From NCBI GenBank assembly GCA_023231475.1, contig JALJEE010002639.1, forward strand, positions 1 to 34,676: a stretch of 34,676 nucleotides of DNA, in the 5' to 3' direction. The first letter of the stretch is position 1, and each line of letters starts with the position of its first letter. Positions 1 to 12,097 of this stretch are shown here, piece by piece. The notes under the pieces were generated by a model, which was not told the origin of the DNA, did not search any database, and saw only the letters and a program-made list of their open reading frames with translations. The position numbers and the translations under genes were made by a program. The stretch is from Seison nebaliae (lineage: Eukaryota).

Positions 1-219
1 TATTAGTTTTTCAGAAAATATTGAAAAATGAAGAACTCGAATATTGGAATAATATCAGAAGAATTTTATATTCCCCAACAGAAAATTAAAAAGATTAAAC
101 AATTTTAAAGAAAATAATTGTTTTGAAATAAATTGTGATAAAAGTAAATCAACTGCCAGATATCTATATACTGTGTTTTACTTATTTTCAATCAATAAAT
201 TTCAGAAAATCAAAGTCTG

Positions 220-288
220 CATGGCTCTTTTGTTCGTGGCTCTTTTGTCCATGGCTCTTTTGTCTCGTGGCTCTTATGTCCTAGACTC
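220..288. mobile_element. Probable right terminus of a DNA transposon (Mutator/Foldback-like TIR built of 15-16 bp tandem units)
   Basis: Four tandem units C(A/G)TGGCTCTT(T/A)TGT(C/T) at 220-280, followed by CTAGACTC ending at 288. The reverse complement begins GAGTCTAGGACATAAGAGCC. GC-richer than the flanks. Tandem-repeat TIRs starting with G are typical of MULE/Foldback elements. The other end is outside the window. Confidence 0.45.
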
Positions 289-1680
289 GTAGTTTTATGT
301 CAGAAATTATAAAATCAAATTAATTCTAATGTTAACGAGTCGTATATTGAGTGGAATTTTATAGGTTACTTTCGGGTTTACAAAGTTCGTTCTTGAAAGT
401 TACACTGAGACAGATTGGAGTATAATTGTTGTAAAAAGGAAGGAAGAGTTGATTCATAATCACCTTTTCCAGTATATGCATAATCAATGAATAATAATAT
501 TACATTGCCATTATTCTTCTTCTTATTATTGTCACCATCGTCATGATTACATTAATATCAAAATGTTCGGAATCGAAAATTTTTGTTGTGATGTTATTTG
601 TAGAAAGTAGAGATGGCATTTGGAAGATATTTATAAATTTTTCGATATTTGCATATCCTTTCATTCTTTTACAATTTACGATTAGAATCACTCGAAATTA
701 CTTTACTTTCATTGTGCTGATTGACCGATACCTGAATATTGAGAATAATTTTGTAAGTAAATTCCTGTATTTGATATTGGAAGAGAATTGGAATGTTAAT
801 GTGAATATGTATAGAAGTATTATCGACTGCATATGAAAATCATTCAATCGATCAGTGACCTCAAATTATGAAGAGCTGGATAGAGATAGTAGGAATAGTA
901 AATATTGAAATTAAAAAGGAAATAACAAGACGATCTGAGAGTTCGCTACAAAAAAGATCTACAATCAGATTATTATCTGATTTCCGTTTGAGGAGACATT
1001 GGGAAAATGTATTTCCGATTCGATTGAATAATATGAAATATCAGCTAATAGAATTTATGGGGAGATGAGTAGAATAATAAGAATGCTGGCTAAGGTAAAC
1101 ACGTGAGTGTGCTAGTCGTTCATTGCGTAACAGAATTAGAAACAGACGGAAAATCCGACCCTCCCATCAATAAAATAATTGGCTGGTGTTATGGAATTTT
1201 TCCATTATTACATTAAACAAGATTTATTATTCATAAACTAAACTAAGTTACTAAAGTGAACATATTAAAACAAATTAAATGACACTGAATCAATAAGTAA
1301 TAAGAAAATATTAAATGAACTTACATTTCTCAATTGTAATTATTAACAAATTCTATCTATCGTTCTTTGGTCCAAAATATAATAATTGATTATATATTGA
1401 AAAAAATTTTGTTTTTCCTTCATTACTATTATTATTGTCACCATCACCATCATCATCATCGTCATCATTGTATCACATTTTCCATTATTTATTAATTATA
1501 CACGTACATTTATATGTTTAGTGCATAAAATGAAAGAAAATCCTCTTCATTCTTCTTTTCGTTAGTTGCATCTCCACTTCAAACTCTAGTTACTCCCAAT
1601 ATTTTCTTCCCAAGCGACGGTAGCAAGCATGAACATTTCTCTTTATTTATTCTCCTTTTCGTGTGTTCACGTTCTTATTG

Positions 1681-1867
1681 ATGTCCTGCTATTATCCTTC
1701 CCGTACTTTTGCTCAATTATTTGTAATTGTTGTTCTTCTATGTTTAGCGGAGACGACTATAACAAAGCACGGACTATTACGAGTAATGCGTCGAATCTTT
1801 TTATCACCATTAAGTAATTATTGCTGCTTTTTCCCTCCCTCGAATAACTTTTCTTCATTATCTCTCC
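1681..1867 (+). CDS. Possible upstream coding exon of the 2842-4554 gene (hydrophobic N-terminus)
   Basis: ATG at 1681 is open to a GTAAGT donor at 1868 (phase 1). Splicing to the TTAG acceptor ending at 2836 gives C|AA CAG ATG, in frame with the 2842 ORF. Purely inferred. Confidence 0.25.
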
Positions 1868-2841
1868 GTAAGTTCTGAAGGTTGTGCTAACATAATTAAG
1901 ATAATATTGACGGTTTTGTCTGAGTTTCATCCAATTAATCCATTTCTTTCCGAAAAAACCTAAAACAAATATTAGATTATCTGTTAATTTACTGTCCAAA
2001 ATTTGAAGTAGCAAAATTTTAGTTTCAAGTTCAAAAGGGTTCTAATTCGAAAATCATCGCTTTTTCTTATTCGAGTATTTAATTATATGGTCATCTAATA
2101 AAATTTCAAACACAGAACATTTATAGAAATATTGGTAGAATCTAAAGGTATAAAAATGCAATTCATAATATATTTCAATTTCTCAGGGGAAGTTAAGTAA
2201 TGAAATTCCTTCCAATTACTATCAGTTTAAAAATTCCCCTCAATTTTCCAAAAATTCAATCATGTCATTGCACAATATATATATTTCAAAAATGTCAATC
2301 CAGTTGGTTTCAAACCAAAATTAGATGTATGAGATAATATATAAAATGATTATGAGAAAAATCAATATTGAATGAAAATTTTAGAATAATTGAAAAAATT
2401 CATGTTTGCACTGTATCGATTTGTAGAGAAATGAGAGTGAATTCTGAGTCTAAATATTCGAGAATTAGAATTTTATATTTTTATGTAATCAAAATCGTAG
2501 TAGTCCAAGGTTTATTATAGATACTTTCAATAAATCAATATAGAATAAGACATATTAGAATGATATTAACCCATCAGATTTTGTTCTGACTGGTCACTAA
2601 TAAATCAATTGTAACATATCGTTGTTAATTCTGTTGTGAGAAACGACATAGAATCATCAAAAAATAGGAAATGGAATGCAATAATTTCTAGGCATGTTGT
2701 TATAGTAATTGCAGTTGTTATAGTTATTAAAAGGATACTAAGAATGTCCAAATTTTCCTGATAAGTAAATCAATTTATTTTGTGTTAACGATTCCATAAA
2801 TACTTCTCTAAAAACGAGAGATTTTTTTTCAATTAGAACAG

Positions 2842-4554
2842 ATGTCATTGCATCCTTCAAGTCGTGCAATGGTTTCTGGTGCTATTGATGACGTCAATGT
2901 TGATCAGAATGAAGATCGGAAATTATCATATCAAGAAAAAATGGAATTGATATCTCAGGTAATGAAACCGTCAATGACTCCAGTTACACCCACATTCAAA
3001 ATGACTTGTTCCGATAGTGATGGTCTTCATCAAAAAGATATCAATTCCGAAGAATCGGCGTTTCTTCAAGCAAACGCTATTCCTGTTAGAAGGAAATCGA
3101 TAAATACTTTATTCAATTTAGCATCATCTAATCCGTCTGATAACATGCCTGATATGTCCTCACAATTCATTAAGTCGAATCGTGCCGAATCTCATCCAAC
3201 ACCGGTTAATGTCTCAATTAAAATTACAGAACATTTTGATCAAAAGCAACAACAGCAACCATCACCAACACAACAACAACAACAGCAACAACATTATCAT
3301 CCGCAACACCAACAACAATATCATCAGCAACACCAACAACCCCAACAACATCATTATAATCATGAACAACAATTTAAAAAGGAGAGACAAAAAATTTATC
3401 AACAGGAAATATTTTATGATGATTCATCGACAAATATACTGTTAAATGAAAAAGAACAGCAAATCATTTCTCAAAATGCAATAGCAAATAGAACAATTAC
3501 AGAGAATATTAATCGTTCCTCCATAAGTTCAATGTCGACGACCACTTCCTCAGAACTGTTACCGGTAAGTGATGATATTACTGAACTGAAATGTATTTTT
3601 GGTACCGCTTATTCATCAAAACAAAGTAATACGGAAAGTTGTAGAACGACATCCAATCATTCCTCCGGTTCTTTAACGCCACATCTTCTTGATATGGATG
3701 ATTTGAATATCGAAGATGATTTATATACATCTTCATCAATGATGAAATGTAATTCAAATCCAAATATTTCTTCAATCAATACAATTGCCAGGAAGTTATT
3801 ATTATTTACTGGTATCGATACTGGTCGACCCGATTGTGAAAGTTCAACCACCAGTCATAATTCGGTTATAAGTACGAAAGGACGTCATCAGAAGGAAAGA
3901 CGATCATCAAATTTTTTATCGCCACCAAAACGACAAAGTAGAAGGAAAAAATTGAAGAATCCAAAGAATACATCAACTGATTTAATAGAAAGTTTTCATA
4001 AAGATCAATTGTCATTTCCTTTGGTGAATAGCAATAAACGAAGACATTCAGCATTACCTCAAATCATTCTACAGGAACATGAATTCATTCCAAAGGATGG
4101 AACGAAATCCTTAAAGAATTTCGGAAAAACTGAATCTTTCCAATCAAATTCATCTTCAACATCTCAATGTACCGAGTCACCATCATCCGTTCGTAGTTCT
4201 CGATCTTCAAAGTTAGAACATCGAGTGTTACAACGTTTGAAGAAATTACAGGAAGAAGAAGAAGAAAAATCTTCGAAAATACGACCAAATTCTCGGTCAG
4301 TCAAGCAATCGAAACCATTATTTCCATCTGGTAAAATGCCGAAATCGAATGAAAATCGTGACGGGTCTCCTTCAAAAAGAGATAAATCCGAATATCGAAT
4401 TATTATCAAAGATGGCAAGAAGTTGAGAAGACGAAGAAAGACCCGAGAGTACCAATCTGAGAAATTGATTGAAAAAGGGCAAAGAAAATCGAAAAAGTCA
4501 TCGACTGGAGATGATGAGAGCAGAAAATGTGAAAAATATAAAAGAAAGAGTTAG
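2842..4554 (+). CDS. Uncharacterised 570-aa low-complexity protein (polyQ/H tract, Ser-rich, basic K/R C-terminus)
   Basis: 1.7 kb stop-free frame in AT-rich DNA, preceded by a T-rich acceptor-like sequence (2822-2841). No recognisable domain. Confidence 0.8.
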   Translation: MSLHPSSRAMVSGAIDDVNVDQNEDRKLSYQEKMELISQVMKPSMTPVTPTFKMTCSDSDGLHQKDINSEESAFLQANAIPVRRKSINTLFNLASSNPSDNMPDMSSQFIKSNRAESHPTPVNVSIKITEHFDQKQQQQPSPTQQQQQQQHYHPQHQQQYHQQHQQPQQHHYNHEQQFKKERQKIYQQEIFYDDSSTNILLNEKEQQIISQNAIANRTITENINRSSISSMSTTTSSELLPVSDDITELKCIFGTAYSSKQSNTESCRTTSNHSSGSLTPHLLDMDDLNIEDDLYTSSSMMKCNSNPNISSINTIARKLLLFTGIDTGRPDCESSTTSHNSVISTKGRHQKERRSSNFLSPPKRQSRRKKLKNPKNTSTDLIESFHKDQLSFPLVNSNKRRHSALPQIILQEHEFIPKDGTKSLKNFGKTESFQSNSSSTSQCTESPSSVRSSRSSKLEHRVLQRLKKLQEEEEEKSSKIRPNSRSVKQSKPLFPSGKMPKSNENRDGSPSKRDKSEYRIIIKDGKKLRRRRKTREYQSEKLIEKGQRKSKKSSTGDDESRKCEKYKRKS

Positions 4555-4692
4555 AAAATTAATTAATTTAATGATTCGTACGGAAGTACTGAGTAAAAGG
4601 AAAAAACGAAACATTCTCTCCAAAGTGAGAAAGGAAATTTACAGATAAATAAATTTAATAAAAATTTTACGAATTTTTTTGATTTCAAGAAA

Positions 4693-6057
4693 ATGAATAA
4701 TTTAAAAGTGAAGGAGGACGATCTTCTTTTCAACACTCCGAGAAAAATAATAACAGAGAAAAACTTATGTATTTCTCAGTTTTATTTTATTCAATCAACC
4801 GTAACTGACAGCAAAAGTCAGAATTCATTCTTTTCCAAATTTTATGACAGACAAAAGAAGACAAAGAAACAAATTCGCAAAAGTTTCGATAAATATTTCA
4901 AAAAGAATGATAAGATCCATCTGAACGATGAAATAGTTGATGGAAATGATGAAAAGTCAAATAAGTATATGTATTATGGAAAATCAGAAGGTTTTGCTAA
5001 TTTCAATGAATTGGAAGTTGGTGCAATGGAAAAGAATATTGATGGTGTAGAATCAGTGAAAAGTGAGGATAATGGAATAGAAAAACGGAAATCCGCGTTG
5101 AAATTATTCTCCACAATTAAAGTATTACAACGAATGAGAAAAAAGACGAATAATATTAGAGAACGAGTGAATAATGTTAGACACAGACCCACAATACCAA
5201 CCATTTATGAGATATCAGCAGATACAATTGAAAATTCAAAAGACACAAACATTTCACCGAAAAGTATTGATGAAAATGCGATTAAATTGCCATTCAATTT
5301 CTTCTATCAAAATTCACCTTCATATCGTCGGTATTTGGAAGAAATTGTGGTAGATGATGAAGAGATATTGGACAATCAGCATCATGATATTGAGAGTGCC
5401 AGTGATAGCGAAGATGATAGTGGCGATAAGAAATCTAATAAAGAACAGAAAGATTTCAATTTCCTACAAACAACATCGATAACTGATAATGAAAAGACAG
5501 AAATGTTGTCCAATCCTCTACATTTCTGCACTCCACCATTACCACCAAAACAATTTTTTATAGACGTTCAAAAGCGAGCGCATACCATGAAAGTGAAACA
5601 ATCAGAAAAAACGATTGTTCAAGAGCATTTGGTGAGGAAGAATTCGATGTCAAAAAAGAATGTGGCGAATAGATTTTCGTTCAGACAAACAATTGATGTG
5701 CTCCATCGAAAAAAATGGAAAAGTGAACGATGTCGTAAGGAGAGGAATGATTTCCAAACTGTCGTTGAAAATTGTCTTAATGAATCGAAGTATAATAAGG
5801 AAAGAAAATGGCAGACGATAAAAATTCAAAGAAAGACTGATAATTATAATATGGATTCATATAAGAATAATGTCATAAATAATTATAATATATTCAACGA
5901 ACAGAATGAAGGAATGAAAGATACAATTCGTCACAATAACGAAGATGTTGGTGGGAACGAAGACAGAAGTGATGATGGTGATTTAACATTACAACCGATG
6001 GAAGTGCAAGAAAAAGAAACTGTAAAAGAAAGTTTGTGGAATGATTTCCGAAATTAA
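4693..6057 (+). CDS. Uncharacterised 454-aa hydrophilic protein (separate gene, or 3' exon of the 2842 gene)
   Basis: Frame is open from 4597 to the TAA at 6055-6057 and is the same frame as the 2842 ORF. No recognisable domain. Confidence 0.75.
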   Translation: MNNLKVKEDDLLFNTPRKIITEKNLCISQFYFIQSTVTDSKSQNSFFSKFYDRQKKTKKQIRKSFDKYFKKNDKIHLNDEIVDGNDEKSNKYMYYGKSEGFANFNELEVGAMEKNIDGVESVKSEDNGIEKRKSALKLFSTIKVLQRMRKKTNNIRERVNNVRHRPTIPTIYEISADTIENSKDTNISPKSIDENAIKLPFNFFYQNSPSYRRYLEEIVVDDEEILDNQHHDIESASDSEDDSGDKKSNKEQKDFNFLQTTSITDNEKTEMLSNPLHFCTPPLPPKQFFIDVQKRAHTMKVKQSEKTIVQEHLVRKNSMSKKNVANRFSFRQTIDVLHRKKWKSERCRKERNDFQTVVENCLNESKYNKERKWQTIKIQRKTDNYNMDSYKNNVINNYNIFNEQNEGMKDTIRHNNEDVGGNEDRSDDGDLTLQPMEVQEKETVKESLWNDFRN

Positions 6058-9045
6058 AATTTTGAAGTTTTTTTTCTCAATTATGTTGTTGGTGAGGAGG
6101 AAAGTATATATAGTTTGGATAAGTTTATTCCTGTCTCACTGATTATTCTTTTCAGGTCATATAATGTATTTTTAAGTAAAAAATTTAAAAATTTAGAAAT
6201 CTTGGATATGAATTGATTTATCATAATTAATATGAATAGTTCCAGAATACGAGTGATTATTAGTTGAACAATTTGGAAAGATTTTGCACGACATTCACAT
6301 ACAATCATTATAAGAATTACACATAAGTCTTATTAAAATTCTTTTTAATGATAAGACTCCAGAGATATGGTATATGATATTTCTCTAGATAATAATGGAA
6401 CTGACAGAAGCGGAATTGAAACTACTGCTCAGGTAGCTGAGATAAATTGAAATCTATTGATGCACAAAGATGGACATGCGCATGCCATGCAATTTTTGAT
6501 TATACGATGCTCACAATCATCATCGTCGTCGTCATCATCATCATCATTCCCATTCATCTTTCATTTGAGATATATTTTTTAAAAGCATTATTATTATCAT
6601 TATTATTATTCGCTAAGTTTACCGAAAATTTTGTGTAGTCTGTTACGAAATGATATTGTAATTTTTCATTCCTGCTCCTTCGATTAGTATTCTTCCCTTT
6701 CAATACTTCTTCTTTTACACTTGATCTCTCACTAATCATCTTAATTGAATTAATTTTATCTAATGTATTTGAGTAAACTAATAAGTAAGGATATTTGTTA
6801 TTCAATATTTGTTACTCTTTCATGTTGATATATCATTAATAATGACAGATATGTTTTCTTTCGTTTATGGGAAGAACGGAGGAAAAATTGAGAAGGAGAA
6901 TGTTGATGGAATCGAAAAACAATTTCTCATTTTTGATTCTCTTAATGTCTCTCTAGTTCCTCTAAGTTGCTATTACAATTTATTATGTAATAAATCTATT
7001 TCAATGTAAGTTATTGCAACGTTTCATTGTCAAATAGGACTATCTATTGTGGCGCATGATTAAACATTCGAATATAATCATTTGTGTATATTGTGACAAT
7101 TGGCGAATATTTTCGTTCGTCGTTTTAATTCGAAAACAAAACGATTCGAAATAAAATGAAACTAATGTACTAAGATGATGATGTATTGGGAGAAAATGAA
7201 TTAGAAAGGAAATAAATCGATAAATGAAAAGAGAATTATTACAATCGACACACGTACATACCAATCGAGTGGTCGATATTATTATACGCTTTCGTCCCAT
7301 ATTTCCTCCATGTAACTAGTCATTGAAAATCACTCATTTAATTTACATATTCAACACCAATCATTCTAATACTTTAACGATTCGCATATGGGGAAATTTT
7401 CGATTCCCTCAACTATTGTTGATATAACGTCGAACATTCTTTTTTATTTTCTTCAATAATTATTTTTTCTGTTAATCATATCAATATCTATTCGTATACG
7501 GTCCAAAAGGAGACATATGACACACAGGATTATATTGAAGAAAATGAATTGTGTAAGAGATAAATGCTGTATCTGAGGTGACTGCTCGTCGTCATATGTC
7601 GTACGTTCTGCACAGTTAATGCACATTGAGTTATACTATGTGTATATTTCTCACTTGTCTATTCGATCTACATATACAGATCATTCATATGTACATTAGT
7701 TCGTTTGTTCTTTGATATAAATAGAGAATTATAGAAATTTCTTTTAACTTCAACAATATTTTCTTTAAATATTCTTAGAAAAAGAAGAAACTGTTGCTCC
7801 TTTATACGTTGGAGTCTTCTTAAATAAATGTTATTTCGTTTCCGAATAAATTTCATATGAAATCATTATCGTTACGTTTCATCGAAATGATAATTATTGA
7901 CATAGAATTAAATAATTTTCATCTGAAAAATTAAAAGAATAATAATAAATCATATATTCATAATGGTGGATGTATAGAAATTTCTGAAAATTAACGGTTT
8001 ATTAAATCGAAAAAAATTGAGACATTTTACTTCGTGCAAAGAATCACCTCTATTATCGGTCTCTTAGGACACTCATGTAGAGAGGACGAGGAATTATATA
8101 CAAACGTACAGATGTATCTTATGTAATTTAATTAATTATCATGTAAGAGAAATAATCCAACTTTTAGTTAAAGGAGAAAATTGTACGAAAATGTCAATGA
8201 TTGCCAATGCAACATTAACAGAAAGCGAAAATAATTGAAAGTGAAAAGGGAAACAAGTAAATAATTTATAAAAAAAATTTTAGCGAATGATGCAATTTCA
8301 TTTCGTTACATGAATATTTATCTTCCGTTCATGCTCTCATCTTTCAGTTAGATTTCGTTTCCCATTCCATCTCAACATCCACTATTTTCTTTTAATATCT
8401 TCCTGTGTTACGCCTGTCAAGTTCTAGTGAAAATAGAAGAAACTTAAGGTTTTCCTCATTTTGTTTATTCATTCTCAAATCTTCTCAATCTTCCATCGAC
8501 ACATCATCGGCGTGTCAGTTGCGACACCTCCCGAACATTCTATAATTTGCGTGGAATGTTTGTCATTCAACAACTCGTCGTCATATCATTATATTGTTAT
8601 GCGTGGGAATTGTGCAATACTCTTCCTTTCCATACCAGATGTGTAGCGAAGCTTTCTTTTATTTTAACTCCATTTCCTCTACAGTTTGTTGAACATCAAT
8701 TTATTTATGATAATGATAAAAGATAGAGTGGAAGAGAATGTATTAATGATAAGCATGGGAATGATAATAATCATGAAAATTTAATGACCTTCATAATTCT
8801 TATTTCTACATTTTACTTTTATTTTGATTTAGCAAGCATAAAGATAAATTGAGAGTTTGGTGGATATAGGTAGGACGAGTGTGCAAAATTTTGTTTCTTC
8901 AAATTGCTTCTAATTTTTCCTCAACAGTTTTATTACCTGAAAAATTAAATTAAAGATAATTTTAGAACAAATATTAACCATTTCTTTTTTTTATCATAAA
9001 ATTTTCCTTAAAAATTAATGATCTTTCTCTCGTTACAATTCGTGA

Positions 9046-9771
9046 TTAGATAATAGTTCAACATCGGCAAAAGAAGCCGTTGCTGAAAATTGTAATTTTC
9101 AGAATAAAGAAATAGTTCAAAATCAAATAAATTCCGTTCAACATCCTTCAAATCCGTCGATCGATATTGTTGACGGAACAACTTTGAAAAGAAATTCCTT
9201 CCAAGACGACCAGGATACGGGAATTGATTCACAATCTAGTCTTACCACAGCTGATGATATTACTAACCTAAAATTATTATCGACCGATCAACCAGATCTC
9301 TATTCTTTCGTTAATATCCCTCAACCACACCAATATCAACCACCAGACCATCACCAACAACAACAATTGACAGAAGAACCGTTGTTAGATTTTAATACTA
9401 ATCAACTACCTACCAATACATTGAATCATCATCAAAATTTATTTAGTAGTCAAAACAATAATATCAAAAATAATTATTATGGAAATTGGTCAACTGATTT
9501 GTACCAGAAAAATCTAACGGGAACACATTCAATACAACCACCAATAACATCTACTTATTCTGTGGAGAATTCAAATAACAATATTAATATCAGTACACAA
9601 AACAACAATAATTATTGGAATCATTCTCAATTAACTGACTATAATAATAATAATAATAACGACAACAACATCAACAATAATAATAACATCAATAATAATA
9701 ATTCTTATTTTTCAAGAAATTCACTAACAAATTCTTTCCATAACGCCTCTCATAAATATTCTGATAAGTGG
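9046..9771 (+). CDS. Met-free N/Q/P-rich open frame contiguous and in frame with Rab27 (putative N-terminal extension)
   Basis: No stop between the TGA at 9043-9045 and the ATG at 9772 (242 codons) and no in-frame ATG. Acceptor-like TTAG ends at 9049. Confidence 0.5.
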
Positions 9772-10748
9772 ATGATTAAGACGATGCATGGTCCTAATGG
9801 TTCTACAATCACAACAAGCAATAACAACAATAGCACAGATTATGATTATCTAATCAAATTTCTTGCATTAGGTTCCACATTTCAATATTTTTCAACTCAT
9901 TCTATAATTTCTAATATAGGAGATAGTGGCGTAGGTAAGACGACGTTCTTATTTCGTTATACTGATGGTATTTTCAATAATAAATTCATTTCAACTGTTG
10001 GAATTGACTTTCGAGAAAAGCGAATCGTTAGAATAATGTAGATTGTAGAAATATATTTTTTCCTTTTAAAGACTTATCAACCACCAGGCTCTAATTTTCG
10101 GCAGCAACGTATCCACCTCCAATTATGGGACACAGCTGGACAAGAAAGGTTAATATTGACATTTGGATAGATAATTTGTTCTCTTTTGAAATTTGTGGAG
10201 ATTTATTAATAGAAGATTTTAGCGGTAATAGACACTGAAAAATTTCTTTGAGAAATTTCATAAACAATATAATATTTAACAATTTATTAACAAAAACATG
10301 TCGATTAATTTTTCCATATGCTTTTTTGCATAGATTTCGTTCCTTAACAACGGCCTTTTTCCGAGATGCCATGGGTTTCATTTTGATGTTTGATTTGACA
10401 TCAGAATCTTCTTTCCGCAATATCGAAAATTGGCTCCAACAACTCCAGACGCATGCTTATTGCGAAGACCCGGATATCGTACTTTGTGGAAATAAAGCTG
10501 ATCTTGATAGTAAGCGGGTAATCGATAGCTCGGTCGCTCAAGCTTGGGCTGAACGACGGGGAATTCCTTATTTCGAGACAAGTGCTGCGACCGGTCAAAA
10601 AGTAAATGACTCAATTTGTTGTTTATTGGAACAAGTGATGAATCGGATGGAACGGACAGTTGATAAGAGTGTTTTTCCGATCCGCTCAAATTCGGCATTG
10701 GAACTTGATCCAAACGCCGGTGGAAATCGATACAATTGCTCATGTTAG
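9772..10748 (+). CDS. RAB27: Rab27 small GTPase, 4 exons: 9772-9871, 9920-10026, 10072-10148, 10334-10748
   Basis: Spliced product contains [70 protein letters not shown] and a C-terminal CSC prenylation motif, which is diagnostic of Rab27. GT-AG introns of 48, 45 and 185 nt restore the frame. The start codon is uncertain (9772, 9784 or further upstream). Confidence 0.95.
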
Positions 10749-11557
10749 TTCAAAAAAAAACGAAATGGAAATGAAATAAAAGAAAAACGAAATAAATAAA
10801 ATCACATGCGAATGAGTATAATAAAACACCTTTATCTATTTTTTTTAAGTTTATGCATATCAACAAATTCTTCAACAGATTCTTCTCCTCTTCTTAATGT
10901 ATCACATCAATTTCCTAATCTTTACATACACACTAATACATAATAATTATTTATATATAAGTTATAATGAATTAGAAAAGTCTCTAATTTAATATTCAAT
11001 ATTTTTTCTATTATTTTCATTTAATATTATTGTGAAGAATTCTGAATATATAAATATTAATTGATAAATCTTTTTCATTTCGATGCGAAATTCTCATTAA
11101 CTCTAAAATCTCATGAGATCACAAGAAATTTTAATCAGTTAGATTCCAAAAGACCTAAATAAGTTAATATTTCTATAATTTCATCAAATAAGTTCCAACT
11201 TCTTTTAAATAAGATATAATTATAAACATATTCGAAAAAGTAAAAAATAAGTTGTTGTGAGGGACATGTATTATACAATCATTATTATCCTATCTTATAC
11301 ACAATACATACCAAGTATAAAATGACGTCCGGGAGTTAAGAAATGATCTTATTTTATTTTCTAATTTTGACTCAACAAATTTTATAGGAACAAAAAAGTT
11401 GAAAAAATGAATCGGAACATATCATAGAAATCGATTGGTAATTTTGTTCGTTAACTCCATAACGTAACTCTATATTCGACGATCATATCAGACAGTCTTC
11501 TTATTATTCAACTGACAAATGTTTGTCATAACCACCATAATAATTATATGACGAATA

Positions 11558-12097
11558 TTAAGAATTGCTTAAAGAAAATAGTTGATTTGTTAACGATGAA
11601 ATTCTGATAATTTCTTTCCTCCAATTGGATTCAACATCCATCAGAAATTCATATAATTTGTGTAAAATATCTTCATATTCATCAACATTCTTTTGAACTG
11701 GTATTTCAAGTAATATTTCATCAATTTCCCTACTCAAATTTGCAATAAATTCTACTTGTTTCAAACAATTTAGTTTTTTCTCTGTTAATTTGGTATAATA
11801 AAATTGTTTTTCGTGCATGGAAAGTGTGATCATCCGATTCACATTAATAAGCTTCTCATTTTCTGATTGATATTCACTTAAATATTTGAAAAATTTCTTC
11901 GAAATTCCACTCTCAGTCTTCTTAGAAATCTTAATGTTTTCGTCTATTGATATAATAAATAGTAATTGCTTCAATTCAATAATTCTCCTCAATCGCTCCT
12001 TCGTTACTTTAGTAAATAGTTCGTCGTTGTCAATCAAACGAAAGAGATTTCCATAGTTGCTTTCGAAGAATTTACCAACTACTTCTCTCGAATTCAT
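11558..12097 (-). CDS. Uncharacterised 179-aa helical/coiled-coil-like protein
   Basis: ATG-started 540-nt ORF with an in-frame stop shortly upstream. E/K/L/I-rich amphipathic pattern. No family recognised. Confidence 0.65.
   Translation of the reverse strand: MNSREVVGKFFESNYGNLFRLIDNDELFTKVTKERLRRIIELKQLLFIISIDENIKISKKTESGISKKFFKYLSEYQSENEKLINVNRMITLSMHEKQFYYTKLTEKKLNCLKQVEFIANLSREIDEILLEIPVQKNVDEYEDILHKLYEFLMDVESNWRKEIIRISSLTNQLFSLSNS

Noticed and set aside
8505..8562. Small hairpins (GTGTC-AGTTGC-GACAC; ACATTC...GAATGT), considered as an IRE or ncRNA
   Set aside because: Stems are only 5-7 bp and the loop does not match the CAGUGN IRE consensus.
10091..10743. Antisense ORFs over Rab27, and similar short ORFs over ECT2, RUN and IDH3G
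   Set aside because: Shadow frames of real coding exons with no independent signal.
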